DNA of 64,000 nt from NCBI GenBank assembly GCA_964035545.1, contig OZ037770.1, positions 10,622,463-10,686,462 of the forward strand, read 5' to 3'. Positions 9,245-21,600 of this stretch are shown piece by piece; the stretch's first letter is position 1; each line of letters starts with the position of its first letter. Under the pieces are notes generated by a model. It saw nothing but the letters and a program-made list of their open reading frames with translations. It did no database searches and had not been told where the DNA came from. The position numbers were made by a program, and so were the translations under genes. The DNA is from Bugula neritina. Its lineage: Eukaryota; Animalia; Bryozoa.

Positions 9245-11367
9245 TCATACACTGGCAAAAAAATTTTTTATCTTACAAATATTAATATGCTGATTGTTCT
9301 CTGGTTGTTGATGGCATGTCTTTTCCATTCTTATACTGTTCAAACGAGCTCTTACAAACTTCAGTTCTCCGATCTCCACAACACCCTTCAATTCCATACA
9401 TACAGATACTTCCATCTGCTCGTCTTTTATGGAAACTGCCTCTTCAAACGTGATTTCTTTGTCACGGTTGTAGAACCTATGTAAATTAACATGACGCAAT
9501 TTAATCAGTTATTTTTTCGATTTTGAACTCAAATAAAAAAGAATTTTTTTAGTATAATATGGATATTTATAGTACTCACGTTGTGTCGCTACTGATGGCA
9601 TTTCCTCTAACACTGATGTATGTATGGGGGGTTTTGGTCCTACTCTTGACTACATAACCTTTTGCAGCTATTTCCCGCTCAATACCCTGGATAAATTTGA
9701 CTAGATGACTGGACTGGGCCAGTTTGACATTATAGCCAATCGGTTCTCCCTGAAATTCGCCATTAACCCACTTTTTCCGTGGCGCCAAGACTAAAACAAA
9801 AAAATATATATATTTATTTTATGTTAAATTAACGTTTGAGTAATTTTGGCAAATCACATACTTACAAATATTAAATAACTACAAATAGCAAAATTACTTA
9901 CATCCTTGACTGAGTTGGTTACGTGCAACAATCATTATATTCCTCTTTTTGTCGTCAAGCTTGTGGTAAATTGAGAGCCATCTACCAGTTCCCTTAACAT
10001 AGAAATTCACATGCATAAAATATTATAATAATTTAGTTGCATAGAAGAAAAAAAATTGTTAATAAGATATAAAAGTAAAAAAAAACAGGTCCCTAAACAC
10101 ATCAAAAATAAACTTGTATATAACTTTTCAAAAATTAATTACCTCTATAAGAAGGTCCTCAACTTTCGCATCCTCTAAGCGAATCGTATACACATGATCA
10201 TCATCACATGATAGATTTTGTAAATGATGTGGTGGTGGTGAATTGGAAATGGTCATAGTAGATGCAGAGGAAGGTGTCGGCAGAAGAACCCTACGTGGAG
10301 TTGAATCCACCTCCTCGACATCACTTCCTTTAACATAATCAAATACTTAGAATATTCATGGAATTTACGCAAATTACAATATCATTAGCATAGAAATACT
10401 AACCATTTGTGCTTGCAGAGCAAGCAGATGTCGAAGAATATTTGTTCATCTTGGCACTCCACTTTTTGAACATGGCCAAATTATCCTCAATTTCTTGTTG
10501 AGCCTCCTTGTTCATCAAAGCGCGTTTTGATGATATATCATTTTCTACATTGTCGTCGCTGCTCAAATCAAGCTTTCGTTTAATTGTAGAAGTCTGTAAA
10601 TTTTAAAAATTGTTTAAATTATGTGAATAAAATTCATCCATTTAAAATCAAAGTTAATTTCTGAATTAAAAGTTAACACCAGGGTTGGGGTCAATTACAT
10701 GTGAATGTAATTAATTACAATTACAATTACATGATAATTTGTCAATTACAATTACAATTATAATTACAGTCAAATAGTAATGTAATTAATTACAATTACA
10801 ATTACATGGCAATGTAATTAATTACAATTACAATTACTTTTGTTCTCGCAAGAGATAAATAGAAGTTATGCAATTTCGCTTCTAGGGTCCAACTAGCAGG
10901 GGCAATTTTGACAGTGCTGAACCTCCTTTGTACTCAACAGTAATACTATACCACATTGACAATTAATCTGAATTTGTTATTTAACAGTAGGCATGGTAGG
11001 AAAAGTATGAAACTTTTAGGATTTCAAAGTTTGAAGTAATTGACATGTAATTATAAAGTAATTGTAAAAATCAATTACATTAAATATGTAATTATTTACA
11101 ATTACATTTTTATACATCAATTACAAATTACATTCAATTACTTGAAAAAATGTAAATAATTACAACCAATTACAATTACAAATTACAATTACCCCAACCC
11201 TGGTTAACACCCACCTTTGTAGTTGGTCTGCCTTTTCCTTTTCCTTTACATTTTTTTGGTGCAAGTTGAGATGACATTTCTTCCTCATATTCTCCATCAT
11301 TCACCTCAATTGCTTCATCATTGATAAAGGTTTTCACAAGTTTTTTAAGTTGAGATTTTGGAGGCAT
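9245..11367 (-). CDS. Spliced 6-exon Polinton gene (359 aa), candidate OB-fold ssDNA-binding protein
   Basis: Exons 11367-11215, 10593-10404, 10345-10143, 9992-9902, 9790-9580, 9476-9245. All introns are GT-AG, phases 0/1/0/1/2 match, total 1080 nt with no internal stop. Joins four separate ORFs of the track. The function is an inference. Confidence 0.8.
10680..11202. mobile_element. hAT-family MITE inserted in an intron of the Polinton spliced gene
   Basis: TIR CAGGGTTGGGGT...ACCCCAACCCTG. Perfect 8-bp TSD GTTAACAC (10672-10679 and 11203-11210). Subterminal (CAATTA)n arrays. Confidence 0.93.
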
Positions 11368-11737
11368 CTACAAAAAAAAATTACTTATTAAAAGCATATT
11401 TGCACAAACATAATTAAGTTAAAGTGGTTTGAAATTATCAAACACAAAATAAACTTACAGAAAAAAAACTTTTCTAAAATATTTCAAGAAGTAAAAAATT
11501 ATAAAAACAAAAAAATATATATATTTATATATAGCTAATAATATTGTGATGCTATTGTATTTTAGAGTTGCCCCTTCATGACTGCATTACTGCTTGAATA
11601 ATTCATTATGTTTTGTGGACAAGCTCCGCATATCCACAAAACAAGTACTAACACATTCATGAAAGGGTAACTCCAAAATAACATAATCAAGTTTCACTAA
11701 ATATTTAGGTGCACCTAGAAACATAATATTAATTTTG

Positions 11738-11872
11738 TCAACATACTTGATTCGATTCTTCAACACAATTATATATCTCTGGAAAAATGTTATAGCAGTC
11801 ACACTGTGCACAGCCATCCCAAATATTTCCACAATATTCACACTTAACCAGTCCATCATCCAAAACACTCAT
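11738..11872 (-). CDS. 44-aa cysteine micro-protein (CxxCGNIWDGCAQCxC)
   Basis: Reads MSVLDDGLVKCEYCGNIWDGCAQCDCYNIFPEIYNCVEESNQVC*. Preceded by a TTTTAG acceptor (~11888) and an upstream GTAAGT donor (~12025). Below the 60-aa ORF cutoff. Confidence 0.6.
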   Translation of the reverse strand: MSVLDDGLVKCEYCGNIWDGCAQCDCYNIFPEIYNCVEESNQVC

Positions 11873-12617
11873 ACTTTTTATTTATTCTAAAAATCATTAA
11901 TTTAAAATCTAAACACAAACTTTATAATTTTTTGATGCTACGTACAAAGAAAAAAATTTTTTAATAATTTCATTTAATTTTCACATAAAATTTTGTTTAT
12001 TATTTATATATGAAATATTACTTACATTTTATTTTCTTTTGACTTGAGGCAGATTTTTAATTGATATCACAAACTGATAATGGTGAAACATCGAAAAGAT
12101 AGATATTTTATACAAAAAATTTCAATTAATCATGCTTAACTCATTCTCCTCCTACTAAAAATAACTATTCAATCCGATTGCTTTTTGGTTTTCAGCTAGC
12201 CAATGGGTAACTTAAGAGGTTGAACAGTTTTTCTAAAAAAATTTAACCCATGACTGTTACTTTAAACTTAAGTTATCCTTCAAGAGACTCACTTCAAATT
12301 GAATAAAAAAATTTATTTTTCAGTATATTATTATGATGCACCCTTTACTTCCGTATCTTAAGATTACTAAAAATTTTTGATTAGCTTTCTAAACTCTACT
12401 CACAATACATATTTGAAATCAATCTTAAAATACATTTGCAACATAAGTTTTTTTCATTCTTTTAACAAAGTTGAAAATTTTAAAAATTTCTGCATTACAT
12501 TGTTAAACTTTTAAAAATATAACATCCTTTATATAAGCAGTTTTATATAAAGCATTTTTATATAACATATTGTTTTTTTCTGAATGCTTCCAAGAGATTT
12601 ATGAAAATAAATTTTGT

Positions 12618-12839
12618 TTATAAAATTATATTGTTGCTTGAAACTGACTCAACAAAATAGTTTGATATACTCTTGTTTGGTGGACCTAAGAAAAAAATTC
12701 TTGGTATTAGTAAATTTGTAAAAGAAAATGTATATTTTTTTGTTTTTTTGTTTGTATGAAAATATTTAAAAAATATTGCAAAACTTTGCAGAATAAATGG
12801 CAATATTGATAAAAACAGAATTATAATAATAAAAGTCAT
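12618..12839 (-). CDS. Small membrane-anchored Polinton protein, 73 aa
   Basis: N-terminal hydrophobic helix followed by a Lys cluster. Starts just downstream of the ATPase stop. Confidence 0.45.
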   Translation of the reverse strand: MTFIIIILFLSILPFILQSFAIFFKYFHTNKKTKKYTFSFTNLLIPRIFFLGPPNKSISNYFVESVSSNNIIL

Positions 12840-12850
12840 GATCTATTGAG

Positions 12851-13976
12851 CTACTGATCAACATATACCACAACTTCTTCATCAAATGTATTGGATCTTA
12901 CTCTATATTTATCATCTGATGAGGCTTTCATGTCAATAAATAGGTGACCAAATTTTTTGCTAACTGCATCTTTGTAGCATTTAGATAAAAACTTTGAGTT
13001 CATCATTTGTCTTCCTAATGTAGATATAATTGACGTATCTCTAACAGACTTTAGCAACCATAAATAATGAGTGTTTAAACTTATTGTTCGAAAATACTTG
13101 CCTTTTTCAAACAGATTTTGAACTAATATAATTACACTAATATTCAAATGGTGAGAATATTTTGTATACAGGTCACACACTTCTTGTGACTCAGATAAAG
13201 TATTCATCAAATCGTCAATAATAATTAGCCTATGCTTATTGTCTCTTGGAATATCTTCAATATTTGTAATTCCTTCTAAAAATTTAATTGGAAATGGAAC
13301 TTGAATTTGTTCGTACAATGTCTGCCAAACACTGTAATTAATAATGCATTCTTCAACATTTGGGAATATAAGACTGTTGCTGTTTTCCAAAATCTTTTTC
13401 ATCAGAACACTTTTTCCGGATCCAGTAGGACCTGTATCAACAATTATGTTTTCCAACTTGGTTTCATTTCACTTTACTGCAGTTGAATAAAATAGTTGAG
13501 CTAAAAATTGTTTATACAAACTTTAGGTAATTGCAAAATAAAGCTTAACTACATTCTGTATAAGACTTGACTGCGATAAATCATTATTTGTGTCCGCTTT
13601 ATTTTTCTTTTCCGCTTTATTGACACGCAATCAAAAAATAATCCTAGTAAAAGCTAATTCCATTTACACTTTTAGTTTATCAATCTCCTGTGAATCTATT
13701 TTAATTTTTGTAATACCACAATTTTTTAATACATTAGCAACATTTATACTTCATCATTTTAGATTTAATTTTCTTAAGACGGTTTTAATCCGCTTAAACC
13801 AATTATATAGAAAGCATTTGTAATTAAATCAATCTAATCAATTTATTTCATCCATGACTTGACAAAAAATAATGGGGAAATTGCTAGGAAGTGAGTTGGT
13901 TTAGTAATTAATGTTTACCGTTAATAATTCCTGTGAATGGCGAATGAAGGGAAATGTCTATTTCTTTATTCTCCAT
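12851..13976 (-). CDS. A32/FtsK-like packaging ATPase, two exons (13976-13919, 13431-12851), 212 aa
   Basis: Splicing of a 487-nt GT-AG intron gives MENKEIDISLHSPFTGIING/PTGSGKS (canonical HPFT-xxx-GPxGSGK). Walker B IIIDDLM, plus HH.NISV...VQNLF and R.ISLN motifs. Confidence 0.92.
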
Positions 13977-13980
13977 TTAT

Positions 13981-14190
13981 TTATATTGTAGAATTTCTTT
14001 CAAGTAATGTAATATTATCGGTTGAGAATAATATTTTTTGTAAATTTTTAATTGATTCAACTGCTTTACTTTCTTCAGAAACTGAGTTATAAACAGTTAG
14101 AGTAATTAGAGCTGTCGTTAAGCAAAAAATTATAGCTAGCAATGATTTTTGATGACGGAAAATTTGTTCCATCAAGCTGAGATGTTGCAT
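13981..14190 (-). CDS. Small single-pass membrane protein, 69 aa
   Basis: Hydrophobic LLAIIFCLTTALITLTVY. Its stop lies 4 nt before the ATPase ATG. Confidence 0.5.
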   Translation of the reverse strand: MQHLSLMEQIFRHQKSLLAIIFCLTTALITLTVYNSVSEESKAVESIKNLQKILFSTDNITLLERNSTI

Positions 14191-14400
14191 GGTTGGTATG
14201 CTATATTCAAATGAATCCAGAAAATCAAAACCTTTAATTTTTATGAAAATTGAAGATGTAATTATAAAACATACTTTGTCAACTCACATCAACATTCTAT
14301 TTTATTATGTTATTCACAGTGATAGAATGAGAAACGTAAATACTAGAGTATAAAAGTAAATAATAATTTTTAAATGTATGCATTGCCTTTAAACAAATTA

Positions 14401-14895
14401 TTATACTTGTATATAAAATTGTTCTTCTTCCTTGACAATATTATTAAGAGAGGATAATAGTGTTTTTTGTAGAAACAATCTTCGACTTCTTGTTATCCAA
14501 AACATTTTGTTACATTTCCTATTGTCTCTATTTAAATGATTATACCTTTCCATATACAATTGTATTTTCTTCCAAGAAACATTATTTAATGCATCCTTGA
14601 AATACTTTTCAGTAAAGTTTTTTGCCCAACCATTGTCTAAAAGCTGAGTTTCATTCCATATGTGTAAGCATGTATGAGCAAATATTCTGTTTGGGTTAAG
14701 ACAAGCTTCACATGAATAATAAGCAAGCTTTTTGGTTTCAATCCATATTTGATTGCATATCTGGTAAAGTAGCACTTTATTGTAAATTGCTTTATGAAAT
14801 GTTGACGATGGAATATCATTCTGTAATAATTTGTCCATTAGTAAACTGTGGTATCCAATAATTACAACAACTGTCACAAAACTCCTTTTCTGCAA
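14401..14895 (-). CDS. Polinton accessory protein with CxxC...HxC metal-binding motif
   Basis: CEACLNPNRIFAHTCL within a 164-codon open frame. True start uncertain. Confidence 0.55.
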   Translation of the reverse strand: MQKRSFVTVVVIIGYHSLLMDKLLQNDIPSSTFHKAIYNKVLLYQICNQIWIETKKLAYYSCEACLNPNRIFAHTCLHIWNETQLLDNGWAKNFTEKYFKDALNNVSWKKIQLYMERYNHLNRDNRKCNKMFWITRSRRLFLQKTLLSSLNNIVKEEEQFYIQV

Positions 14896-15614
14896 AACAA
14901 GAATGACAAATGAACTGATAAGCTTGAATGATTTAGCAAAATAATGTAGTTAACTCTTGAATTCATGGTTGAAAAAGCTTTAGTTTCATTGGTTATAAAA
15001 AGCTCATGATTGTCTATAATGAAGGAATTTTGTGGAAGGCAAAGTTAACACTTGAAATATTTCCTGTCTTCATTTTAATTAATCATCTTAGAAGAAATAT
15101 ATAAAAGCATGTAAATACTCAAATTATTCAAACACATCCATGCATGGACAAGCTACTATAGGGTTCTGCAAAAGAAAGTTTTCACAATGCATGCATAATA
15201 TTATTATAATATGCATTATGTAACTTCAAACAATAACAATCATAATAATAATAATAATAATCATACCATCGACCTAGTGAAACTAGGTTGTGGTTATAAA
15301 AGGTTACACCAGCTAAAAAGCTGTGATACAACCAATAATAATAATAATAATTAATAACAACACTTTCACAAGACTCCAATTATTTGCACTATATGTCTAG
15401 TTGAATACTTCTTTACAAACAAATGTTCAAAATATTTATTACAAAATTACAAAACCTATCTTATACCAACGAATACTTTCACTTTGCAATCCAATTATAT
15501 ATCACCATACTTTGAATATTATTCAATGCATTTAGTATAATATAATATTTCGAATGTATATGATCATTGTTTGTCAAAAAAATCATGTGAATAAAGCTTT
15601 TACATATAGCTTAC

Positions 15615-16085
15615 CTAATAAGATATCTGTTTATACGTAATGTACAAACATATTATCATCATTAATATTCCAAGCAAATGTAAAATAAACAAATACTTGC
15701 TCTTACATGAACTATCAATATGTTGCTGACATATCTCAATCAAAGTTTCAATTTTCTTTATATCATGCTGAACAAGCAATGAATCTGATAACTGAACAAT
15801 GATGCACATTATTTTAAAATACTTGTCTTCTCTTGAAACATTTGAAATGCTGAACATATATTTAATAAATGTGTTGATGTTTTGAGGAAAATTTGGACAT
15901 GATATCAAAATGTTTCCAAGATTTTTACACAATTTAACTTCGTTTATGGTTAACATTTTATATTTTTTCTTAAAATGCTTCACATGCTTTGTTTCCACAA
16001 AAAAAGGAGAGCAGCACAACCAATTCTCTGACAACGTAGACCATACAAAATCATGAACTATAGATGAATGAACAAATCTAGTCAT
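15615..16085 (-). CDS. Accessory protein with C-terminal membrane anchor, possibly a divergent Bcl-2-like protein, 156 aa
   Basis: N-terminal IVHDFVWSTLSENW (BH4-like), helical body, and tail anchor LFILHLLGILMMIICLYITY followed by K. Confidence 0.45.
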   Translation of the reverse strand: MTRFVHSSIVHDFVWSTLSENWLCCSPFFVETKHVKHFKKKYKMLTINEVKLCKNLGNILISCPNFPQNINTFIKYMFSISNVSREDKYFKIMCIIVQLSDSLLVQHDIKKIETLIEICQQHIDSSCKSKYLFILHLLGILMMIICLYITYKQISY

Positions 16086-16231
16086 TTTGCTAGCACGGTA
16101 TGGACTTGAGTATATGTGCTTGTTTTCACATCTACCACAATAATAAAAATAATTTCAAATATCACAACTTTTATTTGGTTCATATTCACTTTTATATTAA
16201 CACAGAGTAAAGTAACTGTTCATCTGTTTTA

Positions 16232-16810
<579 letters not shown>

Positions 16811-16826
16811 TTGTTTAACTGCGCAG

Positions 16827-18697
16827 GAAGTCTATGAATTTATCTACCTGGAAGCCGGCAGTGAATTTATTTGGTGAAGAACTCAACTTTGGAAATTATT
16901 CCCATCAGCAATTTTACTGTTCCAGCGTAAGTTGAATTTTATTTTACTTTCTTCAAATTCTTTTTTCTCATAATAGTTCAATAATATGATTATACTAAAA
17001 GTAAATTTTCAAAATGATATATATATACATATCCTTAAGTTCTAATAAAAATGACAGGTATTATAGAAAATAACATTTCTAGTTTTTTCTCTGTCATTTA
17101 TAAAACCAATAATATAACAACTATATAAGCATTTTTGCAATACTATAATATTTTTTCTATCTAAATACTATACAAATTTGATCTATAAAATTTGCAAACT
17201 TGAAAAATTATTTTAATCAAAAGTATAAAAGAATATTAAAATTTTGCTTTTAGTTATAGATACAATATTCTGTAGGTAGACCACAGCATATGTCTTGCAA
17301 TAATTTACATGCTGCACAGGCAATCCTTTGTATTCCACAACTGTATGATAATTATGACAGAGTAAGTTAACATGGATTGTTTTAAAAAGGCTTCAGAAAG
17401 ATCTGTCTTTATTGCTTTGTTTTTATTTTGATGCAATATGATAGTGTTTTTGAAAGATGTTAGATTCATAACCAAGCTACGCTGAGTACTATACGTGATG
17501 AGGGTCTATACCTGCTATAAACACTGGATGAAAAATATTTTGTCCAATATTTTATCATAATCTAGTTTCAGAATTTTTCTGACTTGCAGGTAAATATACT
17601 AGAAATACGCTATTTATTTTTTATTTTAGTACTTATTGTAAATAAAAAATAAACTGTAGCTAAATGTTTAATTTTGCAGCCCATCTTTACTGGTTGGATT
17701 GTGCTAGAATGCTTTACGTTTTCACCTTTTGTGATTGTATTTCTTGTTTCGACAGTGCTCGGAATAAAAGAGTAAGTTTTCAGTGCAACTACAGCTGTCT
17801 ATATTATTACAATGAAGTGTTAGATACGAGAATATAGGCTAATATTTAGCTATTTTATGTTAACCAAAGGCAATACTGAAAACTTGTAATTTAAAAAATT
17901 TAACATATTTGCAGTATTTACATGTACAGAAAAAAACTTGCAGGTTGATTTTAACAGAGTTCATTACAATTTTTTTGTGATGTTGCTGTATCTTTTTCTT
18001 AAAATAAAAACTCACGCAAGTTTATAGTCGCTATCCCTGTGAGAAACCCCTGATGGTAAGGGTTTTTGCTAGAACGGGCTAAGGACTTGTTTAAATGAGG
18101 CACAGGAGCAATTATGACTGGATGCTCTTCCTAACATCACCAATGGCCTTTGTCGGGGCTCGAACCCACAACTTCGTGTTCACAAAGCAAACGCTTTAAC
18201 CCCTAAACCACGGCTGCTCCCTGTATTTTTTCTTAAAATTATACTGCTAAAATGAGGTAATAAGGAATTAAGAATTAACCTATTCTTATAATCAAGAGGC
18301 CAAGGTAAAACATTGAAGTTTTCACATCAACTTTTGTACAACTCATCCTTAGATTATGTATCAAACTAATCAATAATTATTTTCAATGCATTCACAGCAC
18401 CTGTTGCCATAAGTTTGCAAATGTTGTATATATGCACACGGTGTACAAGCAATCACTGCATTTTTAAACTTAAGCTATATACCTTTATTGGTATATTGAT
18501 TATTATATATCAATCAATATATTGGCAGATCTATTGGTTTATGTACTAACGGAAATAATAATGTTAGTGAATCAAAATATTTTATTCCATTTTATCTCCC
18601 TCTTATTTGTTTTCTTTTTAGTATTTTTAGTAAAGTGTGTGGAAAGAGAAACAAAAAGTCGAGGGAAAAAGATGGCAGCAAGGTAGAAGCTGCCTAA
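16827..18697 (+). CDS. 3' exons of MS4A/CD20-like four-TM host gene, paralog 1
   Basis: Exons 16827-16926 ([10 protein letters not shown]...FYCSS), 17680-17771 ([13 protein letters not shown]...) and 18631-18697 (stop). GT-AG, phases consistent, homologous to paralogs 2 and 3. 5' exons presumably lie left of the Polinton. Confidence 0.72.
18010..18221 (-). mobile_element. tRNA-derived SINE with V-SINE-like core
   Basis: Minus-strand head GGGAGCAGCCGTGGTTTAGGGG...GGTTCGAGCCC (A and B boxes). Core GGTGATGTTAGGAAGAGCATCC. Near-perfect flanking duplication TGTAT(C)TTTTTCTTAAAAT. Confidence 0.88.
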
Positions 18698-21600
18698 AAG
18701 TCCTTGAGAGACATAGGCAAAAATAGAATTATTTTTGGTTTGTGTAATAATTTTTGAGCTTAATTTAATTAGATAACGCATAATCTAAGATTAAGTGTAA
18801 TAAATCCTTTGCATAACTTATATTACTGTTTTCTTTCCTATTTACCAAAACTGATTAAATAAATATGATTTCTTTTGCATATTTGGGCATGATGTCATTT
18901 AATATGAATAAAATGTATAGTACTTATTTTAGCTATGTAAAGTGATTTAAAATTAAATGCTTTGCAAAAATTAATGCATCATCTGTTAATATTTTACATT
19001 TGTTCAAATTCTATAACATAAGAAACTTATGGGAAAGATTTTTTAGTGAGGTTTTAGTGCAAAAGCTAGGTCTTAGATAAACACTGTATCTATTGACTAA
19101 TTATGACAAAATACTGCATCCTTTTGACATATTGAAAAGCAGCTTTAAAACCATTTGATATCAATACTTGAACCATGCAGGCTTCGATAATTGAATTTAG
19201 ATTAAATCTTTTGCCTCATTTTTGCCTATAGACACTTGCGTTGCTACTGCAGCAATCAGTTCTGCAACTGGAAAAGACTGAATCACCTTGAATGTTATAG
19301 AATTTAAAATCAGATTGCATAGAAGTGTTTAATTTTGTTTATTCTATTATTGAAAAATTTTATACGCTCATTATCACCCTATATGCACACCAAACTTAGA
19401 TGTTAGAATAATGACCAGCTACTGCAGTTATGATTCTGTAAGCATATTTCATTAGTTGCTGCTTCCATCAATGCGCTATAACGTGTGAATACTTTAGGAA
19501 GTTATAGTTAATAACAAATTACACTTTTACATTTTCAGTTCTAACAGATACTTATATAGTGTACAACACGTATATATAACACTTGAAGTTTCAACTATGA
19601 ACTGCATTTGCATATTTTTGCAGCTATTTTTTTATAACTGCAGTTTAGTATACTTCTAGCAAGTGTGGTGCAGGCTGAAAAGAAAACTCTTATATATGAT
19701 AGTGAGTCAGAGAAAAAGATTTGTAACGATGGTAACAAAATGAAGTACTTATAGCGGGCTCGGCCTAAAATATCCTTTTACAGTCATGTCTCGTAGCTGT
19801 TCCATCAACTCTTCTTATCTTCCCTGCCTGATATACACGTTCATGCTTCTTAGATAAATTCCTCAGCCAACCAATACCATGCTAAGATTCTATAGGTACT
19901 ATGTAATATGTTCTCTGTACTCTAATGACTATTATATAGTAAGTATTGAATTAGAAATAACCTCTTCTGTAGAGTCCAAAAACTCAACACGCTGGTTATG
20001 TAACATGTCTGACTCTCCGATAGCCAAGTCAATCAATTATAGGTGATTGATAATCTATCAATACCAAAATATCTCATTATCTGTTTTAATGCACCTGTTG
20101 ATTTGGAAGTTGACAAAAAGCACATGCATATTATAACAGAAAGTTAAAAAGATTCATTTATTGTATTAATATATAATTTACTGTTTATTTAATTATAATG
20201 TAATTGTGGTAAAGTGTATGATAGCATGCAAGCATTCAAGCAAGTTTAAATCAACCAACTCTAACATTTAGGTGAGCAACTATATAGTATATTATTATCT
20301 ATATGATCAAAATAAAAAGAACTGGTAATATTTTTAAAAGAGTTATAGTATTGTAAAGTAATATTACAAGATGTAACACAGCATTAAATTTGCCCAGGTA
20401 AAGCATCTGCTATATATACACACATTCAGTGACTAAAATGACTTGTTGCCGATGTTTTTCCCAACTTTATTTTATTGTACTGCATGTAGTTCATAAAAAC
20501 CAGCTTTCAGCAGAAAGTTAATGGTTGCTTTTCCATTCTAAAAATTTCTTGAGCTTTCATTTGCAGCTCAAAAAGTCAAAAACCATGTTTCTTTCGAATA
20601 ACCACCTCAATTTGGTGTAAAGCAGCAAAGTGGTGAATGCAGCATCATTTTCATGCTTTCACTTATATAGTGAGGAAAATAAAATTGTTCACTACTGAAG
20701 CCTTGATGCAAATCACAATTTCAATGTGTGCTGCCAAGTTAGTTTTCATTGCCTGTGGTATATTATAGTGTTCTGAAAGTAAGTGCCTCACAGTGAATGA
20801 AGCAATGCACAACTTCTATATCAAGAATTTTCTTCCTTGCTAGCTGTACAAAACCTGGATTGTAAATTCAATTAATTTTTCCAGCTAAGCCTATGCAGTT
20901 GTTTCAAAATATTGGTCAACAGCTGAGGTTGTTATAAGTAAGGGTTGATGACACATAAAATGATCTTCTATGGACTTGTCATGCAGATAACATACCATAA
21001 ACTAATAGTTGAGAAACACTTGCCTGTCTATAATAAGTAGACTTATCATGTTGCTTAGAAAAATGGAAACTTTGACTCTAGCAATTACTTTCTCTTTTAT
21101 ATTTGCAGCATCATGTACATTCAACTCGGAGAACCAGGGTGGAGCTCAAAAAGCTGTTCACAAACTGAGTGAAATTTTTGGAAAAGAACGTTTCCCCTAA
21201 AAAGCCTAAAGTTCCTCCTAAAAGGGAATTCCCCCTTGCTAATTTCTTTTATTTGTGGTAAAGTGAACATAAAACTTACCCCAACTTAATCTTTTACTTT
21301 ATACTTTTTTACAGGCGCAAGTAGTATACATAAGAGTAACACTAATTAACATTTTCATACCAAGTAGATAATATCTTGAGTAAATCTACTTAATTGCCAT
21401 GGTTTCAGTCTGGGAAGATCTATATTTTGACATATGAGTTTCTGATTTATAGTTGGTTTGTACAGAAGATCAGCCAATAAAATGATTATTCAACACATTA
21501 CATGTGCCTGTTTTCTGCCTTAGTAATATTTGTACAGTGTTTGTTAACAAGGAACTATATTCTACTTGTGCAGGTCAGCTAGATTATATATACATCACAA

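Noticed and set aside
23-9484. Short plus-strand ORFs opposite Polinton genes
   Set aside because: Antisense shadows of long coding frames.
11587-11868. 93-aa ORF in the track
   Set aside because: Non-ATG start and no motif; the overlapping 44-aa Cys-motif frame is more credible.
13432-13918. Possible nested gene in the ATPase intron
   Set aside because: Minus-strand frames are broken by several stops; the plus-strand 77-aa ORF has no support.
18130-18221. tRNA gene candidates (also at 35938, 58324 and 62790)
   Set aside because: SINE heads: imperfect cloverleafs, and the main family has a conserved body and TSDs.
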